Below are positions 36,377-44,882 of a stretch of 52,662 bases of DNA, piece after piece; the stretch's first letter is position 1; every line of letters starts with the position of its first letter. The notes under the pieces are model-generated. The model made no database searches. It saw only the letters and a list, made by a program, of their open reading frames with translations, and had not been told where the DNA came from. The translations under genes and the position numbers were made by a program. Source of the stretch: Clostridia bacterium (lineage in GTDB: Bacteria > Bacillota > Clostridia > Oscillospirales > Acutalibacteraceae). The stretch lies in contig JAFWGH010000025.1 of assembly GCA_017512465.1 (NCBI GenBank), positions 1 to 52,662 of the forward strand, in the 5' to 3' direction.

Positions 36377-36471
36377 AAATGGCTGAACGTCAACCACTTG
36401 CCAACCAACAACCGCACAAACCGCCTAAACACGCGATAATAAGGTTTATTAGACCGTACACTCCGACCAGA

Positions 36472-36500
36472 AAAATCCGTTCCTTTTGGAACGGATTTTT
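36472..36500 (+). terminator. Rho-independent terminator just outside the IME right end.
   Basis: aaaatccgttcc-tttt-ggaacggatttt, a perfect stem followed by TTTTT. Confidence 0.65.
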
Positions 36501-37186
36501 CAATTAAATCCACCCTTTCAGGTGGATGAAATCCTCGCCATGCTCGGATGAAATCACTGCGTGATGAAATCCGCAAAAGCGGATGGTGGATTTGATTTCA
36601 TCGAAAACTTGTTTTCGATTTCATCGTGCTTGCCCGATTTCATCTTTTGCACCGCAAAAGATTTCATTATATAATTGTAATTTGAAAAATCGCTTTTATC
36701 AACATTTTTAAAAACCTCTTGGAACGGATTTTTCAATTAAATCCACCCTTTCGGGTGGATGAAATCCTCGCCATGCTCGGATGAAATCACTGCGTGATGT
36801 AATCCGCAAAAGCGGATGGTGGATTTGATTTCATCGAAAACTTGTTTTCGATTTCATCGGGCTTGCCCGATTTCATCTTTTGCACCGCAAAAGATTTCAT
36901 TATATAATTGCAATTTGAAAAATCGCTTTTATCAACATTTTTAAAAACCTCTTGTAACGGATTTTTCAATTAAATCCACCCTTTCAGGTGGATGAAATCC
37001 TCACCATGCTCGGATGAAATCACTGCGTGATGAAATCCGCAAAAGCGGATGGTGGATTTGATTTCATCGAAAACTTGTTTTCGATTTCATCGGGCTTGCC
37101 CGATTTCATCTTTTGCACCGCAAAAGATTTCATTGTATAATTGCAATTTGAAAAATCGCTTTTATCAACATTTTTAAAAACCTCTT
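36488..37186. repeat. Three tandem copies of a 233-bp unit.
   Basis: Units start at 36488, 36721 and 36954 and are near identical, with a handful of substitutions. Each unit contains 3 forward GATGAAAT words and 4 reverse ATTTCATC/ATTTCATT words, interleaved with short hairpins. Confidence 0.95.
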
Positions 37187-37213
37187 GACTTGTACGCATT
37201 AAAGGCGTATAAA
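37185..37213 (+). promoter_or_regulatory. Candidate promoter of the HicB-like gene.
   Basis: TTGACT-17 nt-TATAAA, directly abutting the last tandem repeat unit. Confidence 0.55.
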
Positions 37214-37295
37214 TATAAGTAGGCAGTCCGGCGTTCAGTGCATTTTTTCAGGGTTCGCAAAAGCTTGCCAATACGCATAAAACGGAGGTGCGCAT

Positions 37296-37688
37296 ATGAA
37301 AAACGCATATCCCATTCTCTTAACGCCTGATGAAGGCGGCTATAGTGTCTATATCCCCGATTTTGATATCAACACACAAGCAGGCTCCCTCGCAGAAGCG
37401 ATGGAAATGGCACGGGATGCCATAGGCATGGTCGGCATTGCACTCGAAGATGATAAAAAGCCGCTACCCGCACCGAGTCCGCTTGGCGCGCTCAGCAAAA
37501 AGAGCCGCGAAACGCTATCCCTTGTTGATGTGGATTTTGCGGATTATCGCCGCAAAAGCGATTTGAGAGTTGTTAAAAAGAATTGCACACTGCCGAGTTG
37601 GCTGTGTTATGAAGCGGAAAAGGCACATATTAATTTTTCCGGCGTGCTGCAAGCAGCGCTCAAAAAAGAGCTGCATATAGATGAGTAA
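37296..37688 (+). CDS. hicB: HicB-family antitoxin-like protein with a C-terminal ribbon-helix-helix; no adjacent HicA.
   Basis: MKNAYPILLTPDEGGYSVYIPDFDINTQAGSLAEAMEMARDAIG is a typical HicB N-terminal fold signature. The C-terminal KKNCTLPSWLCYEAEKAHINFSGVLQAALKKEL looks RHH-like. GGAGG lies upstream. Confidence 0.75.
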   Translation: MKNAYPILLTPDEGGYSVYIPDFDINTQAGSLAEAMEMARDAIGMVGIALEDDKKPLPAPSPLGALSKKSRETLSLVDVDFADYRRKSDLRVVKKNCTLPSWLCYEAEKAHINFSGVLQAALKKELHIDE

Positions 37689-38168
37689 TCATCCCTCTTT
37701 TCCCTCACTTTCCTTTTGATACTTTAGCTCATAGTTTTCCACAAAGGCATTATATTTCTCAATATTGTAACTCGGCGCGCTTTTACAGTGCGCTTTCTTT
37801 TTATCATTATATATATCAGTTTTAATATCAGTTTTATTATTGTGTAAAGATTCTTGACAGGTTTGTGTAAAGCCTTTTGACAGGTTGCTGTAAAGATTCT
37901 TTACACTACCTGTAAAGTTTCTTGACAGATAAATATTTGTTTTACCGCTTCCGCGCCTTTCCTCAATCAAACCCTTTTTTACTAAAGAATTGATACATTT
38001 ATTGGCAGTTACTCTCGATACACCAACACGCTGCGCTATGTAATCTTGCGCACCGCAAAAGCCACCCATCACGCGAAAGCTGTAAATCAATGCATAAATA
38101 ATAAGCTCATTTCCCGACAAATGCAAATCCTTGACCATAAAATCATAAACGGTGAAGAATGTATCCAT
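37689..38168 (-). CDS. RepA_N-like / winged-HTH replication-initiator-like protein (short, possibly truncated).
   Basis: FFTVYDFMVKDLHLSGNELIIYALIYSF...GFCGAQDYIAQRVGVSRVTANKCINSLVKKGLIEERR shows the same pattern as the IME protein at 27034-27459. Confidence 0.6.
   Translation of the reverse strand: MDTFFTVYDFMVKDLHLSGNELIIYALIYSFRVMGGFCGAQDYIAQRVGVSRVTANKCINSLVKKGLIEERRGSGKTNIYLSRNFTGSVKNLYSNLSKGFTQTCQESLHNNKTDIKTDIYNDKKKAHCKSAPSYNIEKYNAFVENYELKYQKESEGKEG
37841..37928. repeat. Four direct 22-bp iteron-like repeats inside the RepA_N-like ORF.
   Basis: The copies are tgtgtaaagattcttgacagg, tttgtgtaaagccttttgacagg, ttgctgtaaagattctttacac and tacctgtaaagtttcttgacag. The 22-nt period is not a multiple of 3. 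Confidence 0.8.
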
Positions 38169-38493
38169 AAATCCTGCCCCCTTGTTACTTTTTAGAGTGC
38201 ATTCATTTTAAGCAAAGCGGGATTTACTTCCAATTAGACTATTTTCGGCGGTCGGCAGTCGCAAAGCGAAGTATGGGGACGGTTCTAATACCTCGTTTTT
38301 AAAGTAAAGTATGGGGACGGTTAGCGTGAAAGATCTTTCACGCAGTGAATAGAGAATAGTGAAGAGTGAATAGTGGCGGGCGGGACACCCGCACCCGTTC
38401 CGCTTCGCTCTATTTTTTAACTTTCATTCATTGTGTGTGAATATTAATTCATGCGGTGTTATAAAGTATGGTTACGCTTAAGACCAAGAAAAA

Positions 38494-38522
38494 AAGCGAG
38501 GAATTTCTTCCTCACTTTTTTT
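38494..38522 (-). terminator. Rho-independent terminator after ftsZ.
   Basis: On the minus strand: gtgaggaa-gaaa-ttcctcgc followed by TTTTTTT. Confidence 0.8.
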
Positions 38523-38535
38523 ATTTGATTATTGC

Positions 38536-39669
38536 TTATTTAGAACCCCAAAGGTCCATCATGTCCAAAAACTCACCGCCGCCGTTTTTGGAACCGCTGC
38601 TTTCCTTTTTAACGGGCTTGGCAAAAATGTCATCATCATCGCCGAAACCGAAGCCGCTATCCTTCTTTGCTTCGCTGCGCGGTTTTGAGGGTGCTTTGTA
38701 CTCCCCGTTTTCATCAAAACCGAAGCCGGTAGCCACAACCGTGATGATAATTTCATCCTCTAAGCTGTCATCGAAGCAGGCACCCCAGATAATGTTTGCA
38801 TCCGGATGTGCTGCATTGGCAATCATTTGAGAAGCATTATCGACTTCATCCAAACCGATGTCGGGAGAAGCGGTAATGTTGATAATCACGCCGGTGGCGC
38901 CATCAATCGTGGTTTCAAGCAGCGGGCTGGTAACAGCTGCCTTTGCGGCTGCCTCTGCCTTATCCTTGCCCTTGGCTCTGCCCACACCCATGTGTGCATA
39001 GCCGGCACCGCGCATAACAGCGGTAACATCGGCAAAGTCGAGGTTGACAAGACCGGGTACTTTAATCAAATCGGAAATGGACTGAACGCCTTGGCGCAGT
39101 ACATCATCCGCAATATTAAAAGCATTAAGAAGGGTAATCTTTTCCTCGGTTACTTCCTTCAAGCGGTCATTGGGAATGACCATAATGCAGTCTACGCTCT
39201 TTTTGAGCTCTTCGATACCGGCAAGAGCCTGTTCCATTCTTCTCTTGCCCTCGAAGCCGAAAGGCTTTGTGACAATGGCAACTGTCAAAATGCCTAAATC
39301 CTTCGCAATTTGTGCCACAATCGGTGCTGCACCGGTGCCTGTGCCGCCGCCCATACCGGCAGTGATAAAGAGCATGTCCGTGCCTTGTAAAGCTTCCTCG
39401 ATATCGGTTCTGCTCTCCTCAGCTGCTCTTTGACCGATTTCGGGCTTTGCGCCTGCGCCGTTTCCTCTCGAAATCTTATCACCGATTTGCAGTTTATATG
39501 TAGCCTGAGAATTGGCAAGAGCGGTGCGGTCGGTATTAATCGCAATAAACTCTACGCCCAAAAGGTTACTTTTAATCATTCTGTTAACAGCATTTCCGCC
39601 GCCGCCACCGACACCGATAACTCTTATCTGCTCGCCGGCAACAACATCGTTGTCAAGTTCAAAAGCCAT
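38536..39669 (-). CDS. ftsZ: Cell division GTPase FtsZ.
   Basis: [29 protein letters not shown] (tubulin signature) and a C-terminal disordered tail. Confidence 0.97.
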   Translation of the reverse strand: MAFELDNDVVAGEQIRVIGVGGGGGNAVNRMIKSNLLGVEFIAINTDRTALANSQATYKLQIGDKISRGNGAGAKPEIGQRAAEESRTDIEEALQGTDMLFITAGMGGGTGTGAAPIVAQIAKDLGILTVAIVTKPFGFEGKRRMEQALAGIEELKKSVDCIMVIPNDRLKEVTEEKITLLNAFNIADDVLRQGVQSISDLIKVPGLVNLDFADVTAVMRGAGYAHMGVGRAKGKDKAEAAAKAAVTSPLLETTIDGATGVIINITASPDIGLDEVDNASQMIANAAHPDANIIWGACFDDSLEDEIIITVVATGFGFDENGEYKAPSKPRSEAKKDSGFGFGDDDDIFAKPVKKESSGSKNGGGEFLDMMDLWGSK

Positions 39670-39831
39670 TTTTTCTCCTCCAATATATAAAATATCTATA
39701 CATATTTTGCGTTAGACATAGTTACTTATGATAAAAATATACCATATTTGTCATTTTTAATCAATAGATTTGCAAAAATAAAGGTTACAATTAGGTTACG
39801 AATTGAGCTTACTGTTAGAACCTGCTTGCTC

Positions 39832-40923
39832 TCAATCGCTTTTTTTCGTATCTGCTGCTTGTGCAGTATCTTTAGTGCCGGGATTAAAGTAAGCCTGCTT
39901 GGTTTCATCCGCCTGCTTCACATTGACCGTTCCCTTCGCATTCTTATTATCGGCAAGCGCATCGTCAATCGATTTTGCCGCAAGCTTGCACTTGTAATCG
40001 AGCTCATTTGTCTGCCCGATTTGCACGGTGATGGCATCGGCATACACCACGCTGATATCCACGATGCTTGTCATGTCAATGAGGGTAACATTTTCCAAGC
40101 CGTTTTCCGAAAATACGCGCTTAATCTGCTTAACAAGCTCGCCCTTTTCCTCCTGCTCAAACTCCGCTTTCTCGCCCATTTCCGCAGGCATAATCGCAGC
40201 ACCTTCCACAATCGCCGCGCCGGCAGGAGGCTTGTCCGCACGCTCTAACAGCTTTAAATCCGCATCGGTCAATATGTAATAGGCGGTACCTTCCTCATCC
40301 GTGTTTTCAAAAGCGAATTGTGCGCTTGTTTCCTCCACGGAAATGATGAGGGTATCCGGCAGCTGATGCTTGATTGTAACCGCGCGAATATACGGCAAAG
40401 CGGTATCAAACTTTCTTTGCACACCCTTTGCAGTCGGTGCAAACAGGTTGTCTCCGAGCTCAATGCCGGAGGCCTCTATGACCTGTGCTGCGGTGTACTG
40501 CTCGGAACCGACCACCTGAATCTCGCCGATTTTAAAGAATACAAAAATACTTAATACCACCGCAAGCACCACAAATGCAGCGGCGACTGCTGCGCGCACA
40601 AGTACATTGTTGCGCCCTCTCTGCTTCGCTTTTTGAATACGCTGCTGCTCCTTTTCATCGTAAGATGCATAGCTTTGCGCACGCTGCTTGGAAGCAGGAG
40701 CGGATTTATATTTTCTGTTTTTTTTCGGTTTTTGCTCGCTGATGCCTGCCGTCTGCTTTTCTTCCCGATAACGCTGTTCGAGCTCACTCGGCGGCTTTTT
40801 TTGGGGTTCCTGCCGCCGCACCTTGTAGACCTCGCTATCGGTCGGGCGCGGGTAAGAAGCATAGCTGTTACCCTTTTTGCCGGCGGGACGGGAGCGCCAA
40901 CGCTTCACTTTTTTATTTGCCAT
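39832..40923 (-). CDS. ftsQ: FtsQ/DivIB-type cell division protein with a long basic N-terminal tail.
   Basis: The cytoplasmic tail is K/R-rich, the TM is VLVRAAVAAAFVVLAVVLSIFVFF, and a POTRA-like stretch follows (IGEIQVVGSEQYTAAQVIEASGIELGDNLF). Its position between murG and ftsZ fits the call. Confidence 0.8.
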   Translation of the reverse strand: MANKKVKRWRSRPAGKKGNSYASYPRPTDSEVYKVRRQEPQKKPPSELEQRYREEKQTAGISEQKPKKNRKYKSAPASKQRAQSYASYDEKEQQRIQKAKQRGRNNVLVRAAVAAAFVVLAVVLSIFVFFKIGEIQVVGSEQYTAAQVIEASGIELGDNLFAPTAKGVQRKFDTALPYIRAVTIKHQLPDTLIISVEETSAQFAFENTDEEGTAYYILTDADLKLLERADKPPAGAAIVEGAAIMPAEMGEKAEFEQEEKGELVKQIKRVFSENGLENVTLIDMTSIVDISVVYADAITVQIGQTNELDYKCKLAAKSIDDALADNKNAKGTVNVKQADETKQAYFNPGTKDTAQAADTKKSD

Positions 40924-40926
40924 TTC

Positions 40927-42042
40927 TTACTTCACCAGGGAAAGAATAATTTCCGCAATTTTCTTATTGGCATCTAAAATTGCCATTTTCTTCGCATTCT
41001 CGCCGAGTGCAAGAAGCTTTTGCTTATCGCTCATAAGCGCATCGACCTTTTCGGTGAGCGCCTCGGGGGTTAAATCCTTTTGCTCAATGATTTCCGCCGC
41101 GCCGCGATTGACAAGCGCCATGGCGTTATGATACTGGTGGTTTTCCGCTACGTAGGGGCTCGGAATCAAAATAGATGCCTTCCCTGCTGCTTGAATTTCA
41201 CTTAAAGAGGATGCACCGGCTCTGCCGATAACCAAATCGGCTGCGGCAAGGCACCTGTCCATATCATCAATATAATCGCGCACGACAATGTGTGTTTCTT
41301 TTTGCAAATCCACGCCGTCCTCTTTGAGCTTATCGTAGATATATGCGCCGTATTGTCCCACGGCGTGAATGTGCTGATAGGGTGCCTGCTCATGGTGCGC
41401 TACGATTAAGCCCTCTACGGCATCATTGACCGCATCGGCACCGAGGCTGCCGCCGGTTGAGAGTATCATCGGTCTGTCATCAAGCCCGAGCTCCTCGCGC
41501 GATTTTTTGCGGTCTGCGCGCAATATTTCACCTCTTACCGGCAAGCCGGTAATCTCGCACCTGCCTTTAATTTCCATATTCTTTTTGGCATCTTCATTGG
41601 TGAGCATAACGGCATCGCACTGCTTTGCAAGTGTTTTGTTGGTAATGCCGGGATAGGCGTTTTGCTCGTGAATGGCGGTGGGAATGCCCATTTTTGCCGC
41701 CATGCGAATCACCGGACCGCTCACATAGCCGCCGAAGCCGACCGCCACATCGGGTGCAAAATCCTTTAATATCTTTTTCGCTTCACCGGAGGAGCGCAGG
41801 GTTAAATACACGGTTCTGATATTGTGCTTAATACCTGCAAGGCTCATGCTCCGCTTAAAGCCGGTAATTTCTATCGTTTTAAAATCAAAGCCTGCGGCGG
41901 GAACAAGCCTTGCTTCCATTTTTTCGGCAGTGCCGACAAAGAGAATTTCGGCATCCGGATGCTGTTCTCTAATGTATCCTGCTGCGGCAAGCGCCGGATT
42001 GATATGGCCTGCCGTGCCGCCGGTTGCAAATAATATTTTCAT
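40927..42042 (-). CDS. murG: UDP-N-acetylglucosamine--N-acetylmuramyl-(pentapeptide) pyrophosphoryl-undecaprenol GlcNAc transferase.
   Basis: MKILFATGGTAGHINPALA and the GT28 pattern, plus the dcw context. Confidence 0.93.
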   Translation of the reverse strand: MKILFATGGTAGHINPALAAAGYIREQHPDAEILFVGTAEKMEARLVPAAGFDFKTIEITGFKRSMSLAGIKHNIRTVYLTLRSSGEAKKILKDFAPDVAVGFGGYVSGPVIRMAAKMGIPTAIHEQNAYPGITNKTLAKQCDAVMLTNEDAKKNMEIKGRCEITGLPVRGEILRADRKKSREELGLDDRPMILSTGGSLGADAVNDAVEGLIVAHHEQAPYQHIHAVGQYGAYIYDKLKEDGVDLQKETHIVVRDYIDDMDRCLAAADLVIGRAGASSLSEIQAAGKASILIPSPYVAENHQYHNAMALVNRGAAEIIEQKDLTPEALTEKVDALMSDKQKLLALGENAKKMAILDANKKIAEIILSLVK

Positions 42043-42533
42043 CTCTATCCTCCCAGTGCAGCGCTATGCGCTGCAGTGATGTTTGCCTGTCGGCAAATGA
42101 TGTCGCTTCGCTAATGATGTCGCTAACGCTAATGATGTTTGCACTGCGTGCAAGTTGATACAGGTCTACCCCTCTATCACTTCGTGACATCTCCCTTGGA
42201 GCGGGCGCCAGACCCTCTGTCACGCTATGCGCGACGTCTCCCTAACAGGGAGCGCCTCATCAAGGGGAGATTCTAAAAGGTTAAATTGAACATAGAACCG
42301 ACTACAATGGTTTTGTTCGCTTCGCTCACCTGACTAAATAGGTTGGGTTTGCGGAGCAAACAAAACAATCAGAGTATATTGGATGTTCAAATAGGGCATT
42401 TATGCCCCAACCGCTTCTCGGCTCCCCTTGATGAGGGGAGCTGCCGAGTTTACGAGGCTGAGGGGTAGAAATTAATGCGAAACGCAGTTTCGCCACTGAA
42501 AACTGAACACTGAACACTGAAAACCGATACAGG
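42043..42533. repeat. 491-bp structured, repeat-rich intergenic insert between ftsW and murG.
   Basis: It includes a palindrome tgcagcgc-tat-gcgctgca and a word array 42075-42161 (AGTGATGTT/AATGATGTC x4, each followed by a mini-hairpin). It also has the inverted pair cctcatcaaggggag / ctccccttgatgagg, the stem gcgaaac-gca-gtttcgc and a CTGAACA tandem. The ORFs in the track here look spurious. Confidence 0.8.
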
Positions 42534-43766
42534 CTAAATCTTCTCCAGCCTTGCCGTTCTCGAAACGGAAAGCACCACGCCCATTTCCAACAGCAGCATG
42601 AGCAGTGAGGTGCCGCCATAGGAGAAAAACGGTAGCGATATGCCGGTATTGGGAATGGTATCCGTTACCACGGCGACATTGAGTATCACCTGTATGCCGA
42701 CTTGGAAAACAATGCCCATGGTGAGCAGGGATGCGTAGGTATTCTTGGCGCTTTTTGCTATCATCACGCCCCTGCCGATAAGCAGGCAGAAGGTGAGCAG
42801 AATCAGCGCTGCACCGATAAAGCCTAATTCCTCGCACACAATCGCAAAAATAAAGTCATTTTGCGGCTCGGAAACATACAGATATTTCTGCATGGATTGA
42901 CCGAGTCCGGAGCCGAGCAAGCCGCCCGAACCGATAGCATAGAGCGAGTTATTGGTCTGCCAGCGCGCACCCAGCGGGTCATAGTCCTTATCGAGCCATG
43001 ATTTTACACGCACAAAAGCGTGTTCATTGATTTCCGGATGGCGGTAAATAATAAATATCAACAGCGCCAGCACCGCAATGCCCACAAAGGCGATTGCCGG
43101 AGCCGCCCACTTATGCTTATTCCAAATGCCGCCGGCGTAAAGCATGCACAAGCCGATGGCAAAAATGAGTATCGTACCCGACAAGTGCTTTTCGAGCATG
43201 AGCATGATAACAAAAATCATAATTACGCTGCCCAAAAGCAGGATGAATTTAAACTTATTCATCCTATCCGGATGCAAAGCGATGAAGTGCGCGAGCACCG
43301 CAATAATGGTAAACTTTGCAATCTCGGAGGGTTGAATGGTGAACATGCCTAAGTTAATCCAGCGATACACACCGTCTACCGGCGGTAACAGCCTAACAAC
43401 AATGAGCAGCACCATGGTTAAAGCAAACAGCGGGATGGTCAGTTTGCGGATAATCTTATAATCGAGCGCCGATACCAAAAACATGCCCGCAACCCCTGCT
43501 ACGGCAAAAATTAACTGCCGCTTGATGTAGTAGAGGCTGTCGTGATTGGCGGTATTATACAGCGCCGAAACAAAGGATGCCGAAAACATCATAATCAATC
43601 CGACCGTGAGCAAGGCGATGACCAAGATAAAAAACGGCATGTCAATTCTCCCCTTTTGGGCATAGGGGAACAAATCCGTGAACTTGCGTATGATGCGCCG
43701 CCGCTTTTTGCGCTTAGCTTTTTTCGGCTGCGGTAATGCAGTTTGATTGTCTAAAACATTCTCCAA
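42534..43766 (-). CDS. ftsW: SEDS-family lipid II flippase/polymerase (FtsW/SpoVE).
   Basis: 410 aa with about 10 TM and typical FtsW/RodA motifs (PSEIAKF, GGTSLL). The dcw context supports the call. Confidence 0.9.
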   Translation of the reverse strand: MENVLDNQTALPQPKKAKRKKRRRIIRKFTDLFPYAQKGRIDMPFFILVIALLTVGLIMMFSASFVSALYNTANHDSLYYIKRQLIFAVAGVAGMFLVSALDYKIIRKLTIPLFALTMVLLIVVRLLPPVDGVYRWINLGMFTIQPSEIAKFTIIAVLAHFIALHPDRMNKFKFILLLGSVIMIFVIMLMLEKHLSGTILIFAIGLCMLYAGGIWNKHKWAAPAIAFVGIAVLALLIFIIYRHPEINEHAFVRVKSWLDKDYDPLGARWQTNNSLYAIGSGGLLGSGLGQSMQKYLYVSEPQNDFIFAIVCEELGFIGAALILLTFCLLIGRGVMIAKSAKNTYASLLTMGIVFQVGIQVILNVAVVTDTIPNTGISLPFFSYGGTSLLMLLLEMGVVLSVSRTARLEKI

Positions 43767-43781
43767 AATCTATCACCTGAA

Positions 43782-44882
43782 TTATAATCTCGAAAAAATA
43801 CCGAAATAAACGATTGCCACACCGATGGCGGAAGCGATGAGTGTTACGAGTGAAAACACACTCACAATTTTCGTTTCCTTCCAGCCGCTCAACTCAAAGT
43901 GGTGGTGAATCGGTGTCATTTTAAAGATTCTTCTGCCGACAATATTGCCGTTTTCGTCTTTATCCTTGTAAATTTTCTTGGTTAATTTATAGTAGCCGAC
44001 CTGCAGCATTACAGAGCCGGTTTCACACACATAGACAATACCCATAATTAAAATAATATAGGGTACATGCAGCGCAAACGCCATGGCAATGACCGCACCG
44101 CCCAAAAACAGCGAGCCGGTATCGCCCATAAAGACCTTGGCAGGATAGTGATTCCAGATTAAGTAACCCGCACATGCGCCTGCAATCGCCGCCGCAAAAA
44201 TAGAAACACCCATAAACTTATGCATAATGGAAATGACCAAAAAGCCGATGGATACCACCGTGGTCACCGAGCCGCAAAGCCCGTCAATACCATCGGTGAG
44301 GTTTACGGCATTCGCAAAGCCGTAAATGAGGAAAATACCGCCGAGCCAGAACACAAGACCGCCTGCCACGCTGCCGCCGAGCTCCACGGTCATATTCTTG
44401 GCAAAGGGAAGATAAAACCAGGTATTGCCGCTCAAATACAAAGCGAGCAGGTAGCCGAAGCCGATCACGACAAGACCGAGTGTTTTTTGCTTGGGAGTTA
44501 AACCTTCATTTTTCTTTTTGACCACGGAAATATAATCATCCGCAAAGCCGACACAGCCTTGACCGAGTGCCAAAAAGATGCCGGCATAAACAAGCACTTT
44601 GGTTTTCGGGTCAAACAAACCCACCGCGCCGTCACTGATATCACCCTTTGTGAGGGTAAAAATGAGCACTGTTATTATTATGGACACAATCGAAGCAATA
44701 ATAAACATAATGCCGCCCATGGTCGGGGTGCCCTGCTTCTTTTTATGCCAGGAAGGGCCGATATCCAAAATGGTTTGACCGTATTTAAGCTTATGCAGCC
44801 ACGGAATCAACCACTTACCCGATACAGCCGAAATAACAAATGCCAGTACAAGTGCTATCGCTATTGCTAACCAATTACTCAT
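43782..44882 (-). CDS. mraY: Phospho-N-acetylmuramoyl-pentapeptide transferase.
   Basis: GTPTMGG, NAVNLTDGIDGL, GDTGSL and HHHFE motifs. Confidence 0.95.
   Translation of the reverse strand: MSNWLAIAIALVLAFVISAVSGKWLIPWLHKLKYGQTILDIGPSWHKKKQGTPTMGGIMFIIASIVSIIITVLIFTLTKGDISDGAVGLFDPKTKVLVYAGIFLALGQGCVGFADDYISVVKKKNEGLTPKQKTLGLVVIGFGYLLALYLSGNTWFYLPFAKNMTVELGGSVAGGLVFWLGGIFLIYGFANAVNLTDGIDGLCGSVTTVVSIGFLVISIMHKFMGVSIFAAAIAGACAGYLIWNHYPAKVFMGDTGSLFLGGAVIAMAFALHVPYIILIMGIVYVCETGSVMLQVGYYKLTKKIYKDKDENGNIVGRRIFKMTPIHHHFELSGWKETKIVSVFSLVTLIASAIGVAIVYFGIFSRL

Larger units (their letters stand above)
22890..36407. mobile_element. Integrative mobilizable element (about 13.5 kb) bounded by 25-bp direct repeats.
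   Basis: CTGAACGTCAACCGCTTGCCAACCA (22890-22914) and CTGAACGTCAACCACTTGCCAACCA (36383-36407) match at 24 of 25 positions. The right copy starts 7 nt after the integrase stop. The interior holds an integrase, Xis-like HTH, relaxase and RepA_N-like protein but no T4SS genes. Confidence 0.75.
36408..38200. mobile_element. Plasmid/ICE-derived remnant: tandem repeats, orphan HicB, and a RepA_N-like gene with internal iterons.
   Basis: The gene content and repeat architecture are listed as separate features. No recombinase and no clear boundaries were found, so this is a tentative call. Confidence 0.4.

Noticed and set aside
36459-36469. An 11-nt match (CACTCCGACCA) to the 3' end of tRNA-Pro, considered as a second att site of an older tRNA-targeting element.
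   Set aside because: It is too short to distinguish from chance, and no additional flanking identity to the tRNA was seen. It is kept only as a note.
36554-36969. Two nearly identical 60-aa minus-strand ORFs (MKNPFQEVFKNVDKSDFSN...).
   Set aside because: They lie wholly inside the 233-bp tandem repeat and are duplicated only because the DNA is. No SD was seen, and the sequence is dominated by hairpins and word motifs.
42326-42837. ORFs 42326-42619 and 42472-42837 in the ftsW-murG spacer.
   Set aside because: They run through hairpin/word repeats and into the 3' end of ftsW in another frame. Their composition is implausible (Cys/Trp/Arg-rich).
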